Shown here one piece after another: positions 17,649-26,737 of a stretch of 64,000 nt of DNA (position 1 is its first letter; each line of letters begins with the position of its first letter). Below the pieces are notes generated by a model that saw only the letters and a program-made list of their open reading frames with translations, did no database searches and had not been told where the DNA came from. Origin of the DNA: an uncultured Phycisphaerales bacterium (lineage in GTDB: Bacteria; Planctomycetota; Phycisphaerae; Tepidisphaerales; Tepidisphaeraceae); assembly GCA_963841305.1 (NCBI GenBank), contig CAWJBR010000001.1, positions 7,598 to 71,597 of the forward strand, given 5' to 3'. The position numbers were made by a program, and so were the translations under genes.

Positions 17649-19091
17649 ATGACGGATGACGGGAATGGCGCTGCCGTGGAACAAGGTCTTTCGATCCAGG
17701 CGCAAACCGCGGCCGATTCGCTTCCCCCTTTGTCCGCCGCCCGCAAAATTGGCTGGGGTGTCGGGGCTCTCACCGACGTGATCGTCAGCAACGCCTACGG
17801 CTATCTGGCCCTGCGGTTGTACACTGACGGCTTGCACATGCCCCTGAAGGTGCTGACGGCGGTGGCGATGCTGATGTGCATCCTCGACATGGTCGTCAGC
17901 ATGTCCGTGGCCAGCATCTCCGACAACCTCCGCACCCGCTGGGGCCGGCGAATGCCTTTCATCTTCGTCGGAACGGTTTTGTGCAGCGTGCTGTTCGTCT
18001 TCCTGTGGGGACCGCCCCGCGGCCTGTCGCCCTTCTGGGTTTGTGCCTATTTCATCGCCTTGTACATTCCCTACCAGATTGCCTACGCCGTCTTTACCGT
18101 TCCCTGGGGGGCGATGGGGCTGGAGCTCAGCCCCGACCTCCGCGATCGCAGCAGCGTCCAGACGTACAAGACGGTGATCCAGACCGTCGGCGGCATCGCC
18201 ATCGGCGGACTGTGGTGGATGGCGTTCTGGCTCGGTAGCGGCGATCGGGTGGCCGGGATGCGGTGGGTCAGCCTGCTGGTCGGTGCGTTCATCTGCATCG
18301 CCGGGCTGATTTCCGCTCTCAGCAGCCGGGAAAGGGCGCAAACCCGGACCTACCAGAAGGTCCCGTTCCTCCAGGCCATCTCCAGCACCTTCCGCAATGG
18401 CCAGTACCTGCTGGTGATCGGGTTCGTGTTCCTGGTGCTCGTCGGCCTGTTCCTGATCCAGCCGATGGCCTTTTTGATCAACGTCCACTACGTCTTCCAC
18501 GGCGACCGCAAACTTGAGGCGGAATTGGGCTTCTACATGAACCTGGTTTTCCAACTGGTCGGCGCCGCCCTGGCCCCGGGAGCGAACTGGCTGTGCCACC
18601 GGATCGGGAAGAAAAAGACGCTGTACGTGGGGCTGTCGCTGGTGGCCACGGGTTACGTCCTGAGCTGGTGGACGTACACGCCGGCCATGCCGTATTTGCA
18701 GATGGTGACGCTGGGGCTGTGTTCCCCCGGCTTGTCCTGCATGTGGATCGTGGCCCCGGCCATGATCGCCGACTTGTGCGAGCTGGACGAGAGGCGAACC
18801 GGAGCGCGCAAGGAAGGGATGTACTACGCGGTGTACTCCTGGGCGATCAAGATCGCCATCGTCGGTTCCTCCTGGCTCAGCGCCTTCATGGCCACCGGGG
18901 CGGGGTATCGCGAGGAGGTTCAACTGCTGAGTTCCGATGTGGTGGGCCGTCTCCGCCTGATGTACATGATCGTGCCGGCGACCTTTGCCGTGCTGGCGAT
19001 GCTCGTGGTGGCCGCCTACCCGCTGACGGAAAAACGCATGCGGCAGTTGCGGGAACAATGGGCGGTGCAAGGGCAGGAGGCTGGAGCATAG
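17649..19091 (+). CDS. GPH-family (MelB/XynP-like) glycoside-pentoside-hexuronide:cation symporter
   Basis: Only the 3' part of the 880-aa track ORF is real. Start at ATG 17649 (MTDDGNG...). About 12 hydrophobic segments. RWGRRMPFIFVG resembles the GPH signature. Confidence 0.75.
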   Translation: MTDDGNGAAVEQGLSIQAQTAADSLPPLSAARKIGWGVGALTDVIVSNAYGYLALRLYTDGLHMPLKVLTAVAMLMCILDMVVSMSVASISDNLRTRWGRRMPFIFVGTVLCSVLFVFLWGPPRGLSPFWVCAYFIALYIPYQIAYAVFTVPWGAMGLELSPDLRDRSSVQTYKTVIQTVGGIAIGGLWWMAFWLGSGDRVAGMRWVSLLVGAFICIAGLISALSSRERAQTRTYQKVPFLQAISSTFRNGQYLLVIGFVFLVLVGLFLIQPMAFLINVHYVFHGDRKLEAELGFYMNLVFQLVGAALAPGANWLCHRIGKKKTLYVGLSLVATGYVLSWWTYTPAMPYLQMVTLGLCSPGLSCMWIVAPAMIADLCELDERRTGARKEGMYYAVYSWAIKIAIVGSSWLSAFMATGAGYREEVQLLSSDVVGRLRLMYMIVPATFAVLAMLVVAAYPLTEKRMRQLREQWAVQGQEAGA

Positions 19092-19168
19092 ACCGGTTGA
19101 GGACATTTGTGCGGCATGCAGAGATAGTTGCCTGACATGGACTTTCAACTTACTTCAAGGAGACTGCT

Positions 19169-20314
19169 ATGAATAACGGTTCGGTGCGATGGGTCGGCGT
19201 GGGGTTGGCGATGGTGTCGCTGGTCGGGTTGGCGCAAATGAGCGTTGCCGCCACGGCCGGCGTGGACAAAATGGCCCGCCCCTTTGGCGTCACCAGCGGC
19301 GGCCAGCAAGTCCAGCAATACATGCTGACCAACGCCAACGGCGCGAGCCTGAGGGTCATCACCTACGGGGCGACGATCACCAGCCTGTGTGTGCCCGACC
19401 GGAGCGGGAAAACCAGCGACGTCGTGCTGGGCTTTGACAACCTCAAGCAATACGAGCAGCAAAGCCCGTATTTCGGGTGCGTGGTGGGGCGGGTGGCCAA
19501 TCGCATCGCCAAGGGACGCTTCACCGTGGACGGCGTGAAGTACGCCGTGCCGGTGAACAACGGGCCGAACCACCTGCACGGCGGCCTGCAGGGCCTGGAC
19601 AAGCGGGTGTGGGCGGCGGAAGGCTTCATGGCCGCCGACGGCCCCAGCGTCCGCTTCACGATCCTGGACCCCGACGGGGCCGAGGGCTATCCGGGGAACC
19701 TGAAGATCACCCTGATCTACACCCTGACCGGCGGCAACGCGCTGAAGATCCAGTATTACGCCACGACCGACAAGGCCACGCCCATCAACCTGTCGCACCA
19801 CAGCTATTTCAACCTCAAGGACGCCGGCCAGAGCGACGTCCTGGAGCACGTGCTGACGGTGAACGCGGACTATTACACGCCGGTGGATGAGACGCTGATC
19901 CCCACCGGGGAGATTGCGCCGGTGAAGGCCACGCCCATTGATTTCACGACCCCTACGCCCATCGGGGCGCGGATCCGGCAGATGGGCGGCAACCCGGCGG
20001 GCTACGACCACAACCTGGTGCTGCGAAACCAGAGCGGCGAGCTGGCCAAGGCGGCCGAGGTGTACGAGCCGAACAGCGGGCGGGTGATGGAAGTCTGGAC
20101 CACCGAGCCGGGCGTGCAGTTTTACTCCGGCAACTTCCTGGACGGGAGCATCGAAGGCAAGGCGGGGGCGGTCTACAGGCAGTACCACGGGTTGTGCCTG
20201 GAGACGCAGCACTATCCGGATTCGGTGAACCAGCCGAAGTTCCCCAGGACGATCCTGCATCCGAGCGAGGTCTACCGGCAGGTCACCGAATACCGCTTCT
20301 CGGTGAGAAAATGA
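19169..20314 (+). CDS. galM: Aldose 1-epimerase (galactose mutarotase) with N-terminal signal peptide
   Basis: Motifs NNGPNHLHGG, EGYPGNL, NLSHHSYFNL, CLETQHYPDSVNQPKFP. Confidence 0.85.
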   Translation: MNNGSVRWVGVGLAMVSLVGLAQMSVAATAGVDKMARPFGVTSGGQQVQQYMLTNANGASLRVITYGATITSLCVPDRSGKTSDVVLGFDNLKQYEQQSPYFGCVVGRVANRIAKGRFTVDGVKYAVPVNNGPNHLHGGLQGLDKRVWAAEGFMAADGPSVRFTILDPDGAEGYPGNLKITLIYTLTGGNALKIQYYATTDKATPINLSHHSYFNLKDAGQSDVLEHVLTVNADYYTPVDETLIPTGEIAPVKATPIDFTTPTPIGARIRQMGGNPAGYDHNLVLRNQSGELAKAAEVYEPNSGRVMEVWTTEPGVQFYSGNFLDGSIEGKAGAVYRQYHGLCLETQHYPDSVNQPKFPRTILHPSEVYRQVTEYRFSVRK

Positions 20315-20459
20315 CCCGAGGCGGGTCATCCTTCCGGCCCTGCCGTTGCTCCCGAAAACTCCGTCCGGGCCGACATACCGGAGCGGATGACCCTTCGTAC
20401 GTTTGCCCGATCGGCGAATGGAACAGCCGGCGGGCTTGATCGTGAAGCTCGAATCCGAA

Positions 20460-21410
20460 CTAGGAACCGAGCGGCAAACGCGCGGATTTTCGGAACGCCG
20501 CCGGCGACAGGCCCATCTTCTTCTTGAAAAACTGCGAAAAGTAATACACCGACTCAAAGCCCGACTCAGCGGCAATCTGCCCGACGGGCATCTGCGTATT
20601 GGCCAAAGCCAGCGAGGCCTTGCGGAGACGATGATGCAGTTGAAACTGCCGCGGCGAAAACCCGGTATAGTCCCGAAACATTCGGCGGAGCCACGTGTAG
20701 CTGACACTCAAGTCGCTCGCCAGGGCCGGCAGATCCACGTTGCACGTCACATCCTTAAGCAATTGCTCCTTGGCCCGGTTGATGATTCGTTCCGTGTCGT
20801 TGCCTTGATACTTCCGGCCACCACACGCCGCCAGCACCAGTGCGAGGATTCGCATGGCCGCGGCGCTCAGCAGATACTCCAGCCCGTATTGCTCCTGGAA
20901 TGCCATCTCGACCATCTCGGAAAAGAGTTGCACCACGGCGTCGTCCACCCCGACGTTTAGAACCGGACTGCCCGGGGTGAACTCTTTGCGTTTCAAAAAC
21001 CGCCGGGCGCAGACGCCGTCGAATTCGATCCAGTATTCATCCCATCCCGTCGCCGGGTCGGGCCGGTAGCGGTGCCATTCCCCCGGGAACAGCGTCATCA
21101 AGTCGCCGGCCCGAACCTCGATCCGCCCACACGAACGCGACTCAAACACGCCGCCGCCTCGGGTAATGTAAACCAGGGCCGGCGAATGCAGCGTCCGGCC
21201 GTGTTGCCAGGAGAGGCGGTGGTCCTGGGGATGCGCCGCCGGCGGATAAACGCAACCCGGCGGAATGCGCGAATAGCCCACGTTGAACACGTAAAAGCCC
21301 CAACGCTGCATGGAAACGTTAACAGGCAGGTAGCGAAACCGGGTCTGCGGGGTTGGGTGAAGAGGGTTGGCCATAAAACACAAATTTATGGTCAAAAACT
21401 GCATCGTCAA
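20460..21410 (-). CDS. AraC-family transcriptional regulator (cupin sensor plus HTH)
   Basis: C-terminal SVYYFSQFFKKKMGLSPAAFRK. N-terminal cupin-like region GDLMTLFPGEWHRY. Start is uncertain (TTG 21410, ATG 21404 or ATG 21374). Divergent from the URO-D-like gene at 21463. Confidence 0.8.
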   Translation of the reverse strand: MTMQFLTINLCFMANPLHPTPQTRFRYLPVNVSMQRWGFYVFNVGYSRIPPGCVYPPAAHPQDHRLSWQHGRTLHSPALVYITRGGGVFESRSCGRIEVRAGDLMTLFPGEWHRYRPDPATGWDEYWIEFDGVCARRFLKRKEFTPGSPVLNVGVDDAVVQLFSEMVEMAFQEQYGLEYLLSAAAMRILALVLAACGGRKYQGNDTERIINRAKEQLLKDVTCNVDLPALASDLSVSYTWLRRMFRDYTGFSPRQFQLHHRLRKASLALANTQMPVGQIAAESGFESVYYFSQFFKKKMGLSPAAFRKSARLPLGS

Positions 21411-21462
21411 GCTGTAAATCGGACGTTATTGTCCGAAGCAGAAAATACAACAGGAGCCTGCC

Positions 21463-22449
21463 ATGAATCACGTCGAACGCTTTCGCGCGGTCATGAACTT
21501 CCAGCCGGTGGATCGCCTGCCCATGTGGGAATGGGCCATGTGGTGGGACAAGACCATCGAACGGTGGAAAGGCGAGGGGCTGCCTGCCGAGCTGAACACG
21601 GTTTTCGACATCGCCCAGTACTTCGGGCTGGACCCTTACCAGCAGTTCTGGTTCAGCACCACCGAAGACACCATCGAAGCCGTCCAGCACCACGTCGAGG
21701 GCGTGGTGGCCAACATGGACGATTATCTGGCGTTGCGGCCGAAGATCTTCCCCCGGCACACCAAGGCCATCGAATCCATGGCCCCCTGGGCCGAGCGGCA
21801 GAAGCGGGGCGAGGCGGTGGTCTGGATCACCTTCGAAGGCTTCTTCTGGTTCCCGCGCACGCTGATGAACATCGAGCGGCAGATGCTGGCCTTCTACGAC
21901 GACCCGGAACTGATCCACCAGATCAACCAGGACCTTTGCGATTACCACGTCCGCATGTTGCAGAAGATCGCCAAGGTCTGCGTGCCCACGTTCATGACCT
22001 TCGCCGAAGACATGAGCTATAACCACGGACCGATGCTCTCCAAAGAATCGTTCGAAACGTTCCTGTTGCCGTACTATCGCAAGTTCCTGCCGCTGGTTCA
22101 GGAACTGGGCATTATCCCCATTGTGGATACGGACGGGGACGTAACCCAGATGGTGCCGTGGCTGCTGGATGCCGGAATCAAGGGCGTCCTGCCCTTGGAA
22201 CGTCAGGCAAACGTTGACGGCATGACCTTACGCAAGGCCTTCCCCAAGCTGGCGATGGTCGGCCACTATAACAAGCTGGTCATGAACCAGGGCGAACAGG
22301 CCATCCGCGAGGAGTTTGAACGGCTGGTGCCGCTGCAGAAGACCGGCGGCTTTATCCCCAGCGTGGATCATCAGACTCCGCCGGGCGTCTCCCTCGAGCA
22401 ATACCGCGGCTATCTCCGTTTGCTGCGGGAATACGTTCATCAGGTGTGA
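21463..22449 (+). CDS. URO-D superfamily (uroporphyrinogen decarboxylase / MtaA-like TIM barrel) protein, subtype lacking the H-x-C motif
   Basis: Motifs MNHVERFRAVMNFQPVDRLPMWEW, YDDPELIHQIN, DMSYNHGPMLSKESFETFLLPYYRKF. It has IVDTDGDV where MtaA-like enzymes carry H-x-C-G. Confidence 0.6.
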   Translation: MNHVERFRAVMNFQPVDRLPMWEWAMWWDKTIERWKGEGLPAELNTVFDIAQYFGLDPYQQFWFSTTEDTIEAVQHHVEGVVANMDDYLALRPKIFPRHTKAIESMAPWAERQKRGEAVVWITFEGFFWFPRTLMNIERQMLAFYDDPELIHQINQDLCDYHVRMLQKIAKVCVPTFMTFAEDMSYNHGPMLSKESFETFLLPYYRKFLPLVQELGIIPIVDTDGDVTQMVPWLLDAGIKGVLPLERQANVDGMTLRKAFPKLAMVGHYNKLVMNQGEQAIREEFERLVPLQKTGGFIPSVDHQTPPGVSLEQYRGYLRLLREYVHQV

Positions 22450-22578
22450 TAAACGGCATTTCCCGGAGATGTTGCCGAGGGATATTCTGCAGTCGGATGT
22501 TTCCTTGGGGGCGACCCTTGTGTTTTGGCCGGATCGGCTCAGAGCCGGCCGGATTGTTTTCGGCAGGCTTGGGGAGTC

Positions 22579-22960
22579 AGGCCGGTTGGACTGGCTGTCC
22601 ACTACGGCTTTGTCCCAGCCGATCCCCTTTTCCCGTCCCACTCGCTGGAGTAGTTCGCTCAGCAGTTTTTTCCAGATGCCACGGCGCTGCCAGTATCGCA
22701 GCCGTCGCCAACAGGTGACGCCCGATCCGCACCCCATTTCCGTCGGCAACATCCACCAAGGGATGCCTCCTTGCCGCGCGTCATGCCCAAGACAGTATAG
22801 GAGGCTATTTTTGAAACAGTTTCTAAGTCGCCGACTAAGTCGGGCGACCCGGTCGAGCGTCTTTTGCAGGCCCTGGCATCCGGGGAGAATTGCCCGGCTG
22901 GAGCCGTCGGCCCACCGCCCCACGACTCTCTCGCATCTGTTCCACTGGGAACTGGGCAAG
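22579..22960 (-). mobile_element. Decayed N-terminal fragment of an IS5-group transposase (DUF4096-type); no DDE domain
   Basis: The minus-strand translation reads ...GGIPWWMLPTEMGCGSGVTCWRRLRYWQRRGIWKKLLSELLQRVGREKGIGWDKAVVDSQSNRP. This matches the remembered I/VPWR.LP.E.G.GSG.TCWRRLR.W...GVW..L......IDWS.AVVDS pattern. It is embedded in a longer spurious ORF, and I found no inverted repeats. Confidence 0.55.
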
Positions 22961-23153
22961 AGTTTCCATACCGTGTAGATCGAACTGGCGATGGAGAAAG
23001 CCGGCGAATTCTTTCGCACCGTTCCCGGCATCCGTGTCAAAGTGCAAGAGAACAGTCAAATCGTCCATTTTCTTTTACCGAAAACAGACTACAACCACAA
23101 AAGCGTGGGAACGTTGTCGCTAATTTCCATGTAACCTGCACTATGGATGCCTT

Positions 23154-24251
23154 ATGGAACTGAAATCCAAACCCGATTTTGCCCAAGCCATGGGCCGAAT
23201 TGACGCCTGGTTCGCTCATGAATTGTTGGACCGGCCGCCAGTCCGGTTCTCGGAGCACAACGCGGAGTATTCCGGGGGGCCGGCGCTGGCCGGCCGAAGC
23301 TGGCCGGACCTGAAATCGCGCTGGTTCGACGCGGAATTTCAGGTGGACCAGTTCATCCAGTCCCTCCGCCACCGCACCTTTCACGGCGAGACCTTCCCGG
23401 TGTTCTGGCCCAACCTCGGCCCCAACGTCTACGCCGCCTTCCACGGTGCCGAACTGGACTACGGGGAAGTCACCTCCTGGGTTCGCCACTGCGTGGAGGA
23501 GTGGAGCGATATCCCGAAACTCCAATTCAGCCGGGACAACAGCTACTTCCGAAAGATCGAGGGGATGACCCGCCTGGCGCTGGAGAAGTGCGCCGGCCGC
23601 TACCTGGTCGGCTACACTGACCTGCACGGCAGCCTGGACTGCGCCGCCGACTGGCGCAACCCGCAGCAGTTGTGCCTCGATCTGGCGGACTGCCCGGAGA
23701 AGGTCCACGAGCTGGTCCGCCTGGCCGACGAAAGCTTCCTGCCGGTCTACGACCACTACGACGCCCTGCTCAAGGCCCACGGGCACTTGTCCGTCACGTG
23801 GATGGCCATCCCGTCCACGGGCAAGATGCACATCCCCAGTTGCGACTTCACCAACATGGTTTCCGAGCAGGTGTTCGACGAGTTCTACCTGCCTTCGCTG
23901 CTGCGGGAGGTGAAGCACATGACGCACAACGTCTTTCACCTGGACGGCAAGGGGATGCTGCGGCACCTCAACCGCCTTCTGGAGATTCCCGAAATCCAGG
24001 CCATCCAGTGGGTGCAGGGCGTGGGCGACGACGCGCCGATCCTGCAGTGGCTGCCGGTCATCAAGCGGATTCAGTCGGTCGGCAAGGGGGTGATCGTGGA
24101 TTTGCAGCTTGCCGAATTGGAGCCGTTCATGGAGGCGATGAACCCACGGGGACTGTACCTTTGCATCCCGGCGGCCGAGGATGTCCAGCCGGAGATCCTC
24201 AAGCGGCTGGAGGCGTGGTCCCGGCGGGCTACGGTCGGGTTCACCAAATAA
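23154..24251 (+). CDS. Divergent URO-D superfamily protein, subtype lacking the H-x-C motif
   Basis: Shares block order with the other three paralogs: LADCPEKVHELV (cf. DDPEL...), SCDFTNMVSEQVFDEFYLPSLLREV, NVFHLDGKGMLRHLNRLLE. An 11-nt gap to the downstream GH36-like gene suggests co-transcription. Confidence 0.45.
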   Translation: MELKSKPDFAQAMGRIDAWFAHELLDRPPVRFSEHNAEYSGGPALAGRSWPDLKSRWFDAEFQVDQFIQSLRHRTFHGETFPVFWPNLGPNVYAAFHGAELDYGEVTSWVRHCVEEWSDIPKLQFSRDNSYFRKIEGMTRLALEKCAGRYLVGYTDLHGSLDCAADWRNPQQLCLDLADCPEKVHELVRLADESFLPVYDHYDALLKAHGHLSVTWMAIPSTGKMHIPSCDFTNMVSEQVFDEFYLPSLLREVKHMTHNVFHLDGKGMLRHLNRLLEIPEIQAIQWVQGVGDDAPILQWLPVIKRIQSVGKGVIVDLQLAELEPFMEAMNPRGLYLCIPAAEDVQPEILKRLEAWSRRATVGFTK

Positions 24252-24261
24252 AAAGTGAGGA

Positions 24262-26346
24262 ATGAAGCAAGCGCGAGGCTATCTACTCTGGATAATCATG
24301 ATGAATTCAACTGTTACCTCTTGTGCGCAATCGGCAACTCAGACTCCGCCATCCCTGGTCAACCTCAACGCCAGTCTGGGCGGCGCGACGGTTCGAGGCG
24401 AGAAGAATGGGATTGTTGTTTCCACCGGCCGCTTCGAGCGGACCTGGCGCTGGACCGGCAAAGGGCTGGTGACGGTGTCCCTGCGCGACTTGTCCAGCGG
24501 AACCAACTGGATCACTCATCAGCCGACGAGGCAGTGCGATTGGGATTTGCCGGGAGCCATCGACGATAACAGTGATGCGGAACTGGTTTCCACGGCGGTG
24601 ACGGTGGATGATGACGAGGGGTTCACCGGCAAACACCTCCAGGTCATTTCCTCGATCCGCTATCCGGCGGCGAAACTGGAGGTGCGGCACGTGGTATGGG
24701 TCTTCCCCGGTGCCCCCGGTGTGCGGACGCAGCTCCGGGTCAAAGCCATTCCCGGATTCGACCCGAAGGGGCTGCCGGAAGGCGAATCGACCCACGGCGA
24801 GTATGGTGCGACGTTTCTCAAGTCCAGCGCGCGTTCGGAATACCTGCCGCTGAACTTCGCGGTAGCCAACGAGCGGCTTTACTGGGGCTACTACAATGAT
24901 CCGGGCAACCGGCATGACCAGAGCCAGGACATGCTCCGGGAGCAGACGGTGAAAGGCTGGCCGATTTTCCTGCGGGAGGACATCGACTGGGCCAACGGCG
25001 TGGCGGTCAAGTACGGCCAGGCCGGCGTGATCGTGGTCAAGGAGTCCCCCAAGTGCGTCAATCAGAAGGGGCACAACACCGGCGCGTTTTACGCCAATCC
25101 CGCGGGGCTGGCGGCGACCGGCTGGGGGCTGACGCCGGCGGAAATCCTCCCTGATCGCTTCCGGGAATGCTGGGCGAACTGGACCATCGTGTTTCAAGGC
25201 GGCGACGACGGCGTGCAACTGGCGTTGAAGCAGTTTGAAGCCATCCGCTATCCCGTCTTCCCCGACCGCGACATGTTCATCCTGTCCAACACGTGGGGGC
25301 CGGCCGATCCCTATGGCAATCAATTCACCAGTGAGGAATTTGTGCTGAAGGAGATTCCGGCGCTGGCGGAGTTGGGCGTCGATGTGCTGCAGATTGACGA
25401 CGGCTGGCAGAAGAGCGGTCTCGGACCCGACGCTCAGGGCTTTTTGCCCAAGTATTCCGACGGCTGGTCAGCCATCAAGGCCGCCGCCGAAAAGGCGGGG
25501 GTGCGGCTGGGGCTGTGGGTTGCCATCCGCAACGCCAACATCGACGATCTGCGATACGACCTGGACCAGTTGGGATTTGTCACCTGGAAGGCCGATTTTG
25601 AGCGTCTGGCTAATCGGACCGATTACGAGCAGCGCATCGCCAGCTTCCGGCAAGTGATGAAGCATGCGTGGATGAAAACGCAATTCACGCTTTGCCCCGA
25701 ATACGACGACCCCCGCTACGGCTGGTATTTCGCCAAGGAATACGGCAGCATCTATTTCCAGAACATCCAGGAGGGGCTTCCACCGCACCTGACGATGGTG
25801 CCTTTTCAGGTGCTGCGCCAGCACTGGCTGATGGCCAAATACTTCCCGGCCAACAAGCTGCAGGTGTTGTTGCAGAATCCCAAACGCGTGCGGACGGACA
25901 TCAGCGATGCCCATCGGCACGGCCACGGCTACTGCTTCGCCATGGGCTTGCCGTTTGTGCCCTGTTTCTTCCAAAGCGCGCAGTTCCTGGACGAGGCGGG
26001 CCGAAGGGAAATCAAAAGCCTGATCCGGCTGTTTAAGGCGCATCGGGAAAAGATCTTCACCAGTTGCACCTTCCCCATCGGCGATCTGCCCGACAATGCC
26101 AGTTGGAGTGGATTCCAAATGCTCAGCCCGGATGGCCGGCAGGGGCATCTGCTGATCTTCCGGGAACTGCACAACCGGCAGCCGCGGCGCACAATCGGCT
26201 TGAAATTCCTGGCCGGAAAGACGATCCTGTTGGAGGATTTGCAAAGCGGTGAAAAATGGCAGACGCAGGTGTCGGAAAACGGCCTGATTGAGTTGGAAAT
26301 CCCGGATGCGCCGGGGTACCGATTCCTGAGCTATGCAATGCCGTGA
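24262..26346 (+). CDS. GH36/GH27-clan alpha-galactosidase-like glycoside hydrolase
   Basis: Motifs FILSNTWGP, VDVLQIDDGWQKSG, VRLGLWVA, VTWKADFE (candidate K-x-D nucleophile motif). Confidence 0.6.
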   Translation: MKQARGYLLWIIMMNSTVTSCAQSATQTPPSLVNLNASLGGATVRGEKNGIVVSTGRFERTWRWTGKGLVTVSLRDLSSGTNWITHQPTRQCDWDLPGAIDDNSDAELVSTAVTVDDDEGFTGKHLQVISSIRYPAAKLEVRHVVWVFPGAPGVRTQLRVKAIPGFDPKGLPEGESTHGEYGATFLKSSARSEYLPLNFAVANERLYWGYYNDPGNRHDQSQDMLREQTVKGWPIFLREDIDWANGVAVKYGQAGVIVVKESPKCVNQKGHNTGAFYANPAGLAATGWGLTPAEILPDRFRECWANWTIVFQGGDDGVQLALKQFEAIRYPVFPDRDMFILSNTWGPADPYGNQFTSEEFVLKEIPALAELGVDVLQIDDGWQKSGLGPDAQGFLPKYSDGWSAIKAAAEKAGVRLGLWVAIRNANIDDLRYDLDQLGFVTWKADFERLANRTDYEQRIASFRQVMKHAWMKTQFTLCPEYDDPRYGWYFAKEYGSIYFQNIQEGLPPHLTMVPFQVLRQHWLMAKYFPANKLQVLLQNPKRVRTDISDAHRHGHGYCFAMGLPFVPCFFQSAQFLDEAGRREIKSLIRLFKAHREKIFTSCTFPIGDLPDNASWSGFQMLSPDGRQGHLLIFRELHNRQPRRTIGLKFLAGKTILLEDLQSGEKWQTQVSENGLIELEIPDAPGYRFLSYAMP

Positions 26347-26387
26347 ACGATGTAAGTAACCGTCAGGGTGGGAATAGCGAGAAACCT

Positions 26388-26726
26388 ATGAAACGCTACA
26401 GCATGGTCATTGAGATCAGGGCCGAGAAAGTTGAAGAGTGCAAAAAGCTGCATGCGACGGCTTGGCCGGCGGTGCGGAAGACGATCACCGCCTGCCACAT
26501 CCGCAACTACTCCATCTATCTGTGTAAGCTGCCTGACGGGAGACATTATCTATTCGGCTACCTGGAGTACACCGGCAATGATTTCGCCGCGGACATAGCC
26601 AGAATGTCGGCCGATCCGATCACCCAGGAGTGGTGGGACGTCTGCGAACAGTGCCAGGTGCCGCACCCCAACCGCCCTAAAAGCGCATGGTGGGCCGAGA
26701 CGCAGGAAATATTTCATCAGGATTAG
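26388..26726 (+). CDS. rhaM: L-rhamnose mutarotase
   Basis: 112 aa from ATG 26388. MKRYSMVIEIRAEKVEECKKLHATAWPAV...IRNYSIYL...WWDVC...EIFH is collinear with the RhaM/YiiL family. Confidence 0.8.
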   Translation: MKRYSMVIEIRAEKVEECKKLHATAWPAVRKTITACHIRNYSIYLCKLPDGRHYLFGYLEYTGNDFAADIARMSADPITQEWWDVCEQCQVPHPNRPKSAWWAETQEIFHQD

Positions 26727-26737
26727 GCTCTGATCGC

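Noticed and set aside
17601-20707. Minus-strand ORFs 17601..19148 (515 aa) and 19145..20707 (520 aa)
   Set aside because: Their bulk is antisense to the GPH transporter and galM, and the 3' end of the second is an out-of-frame overlap with the same-strand AraC gene. Both are Arg/Pro/Gly/His-rich shadow translations.
22228-23040. 270-aa minus-strand ORF taken as an intact gene
   Set aside because: It is a composite: only residues ~28-154 resemble a transposase N-terminus. The 3' part is antisense to the URO-D-like gene, and no catalytic domain is present. It is reported only as an IS relic.
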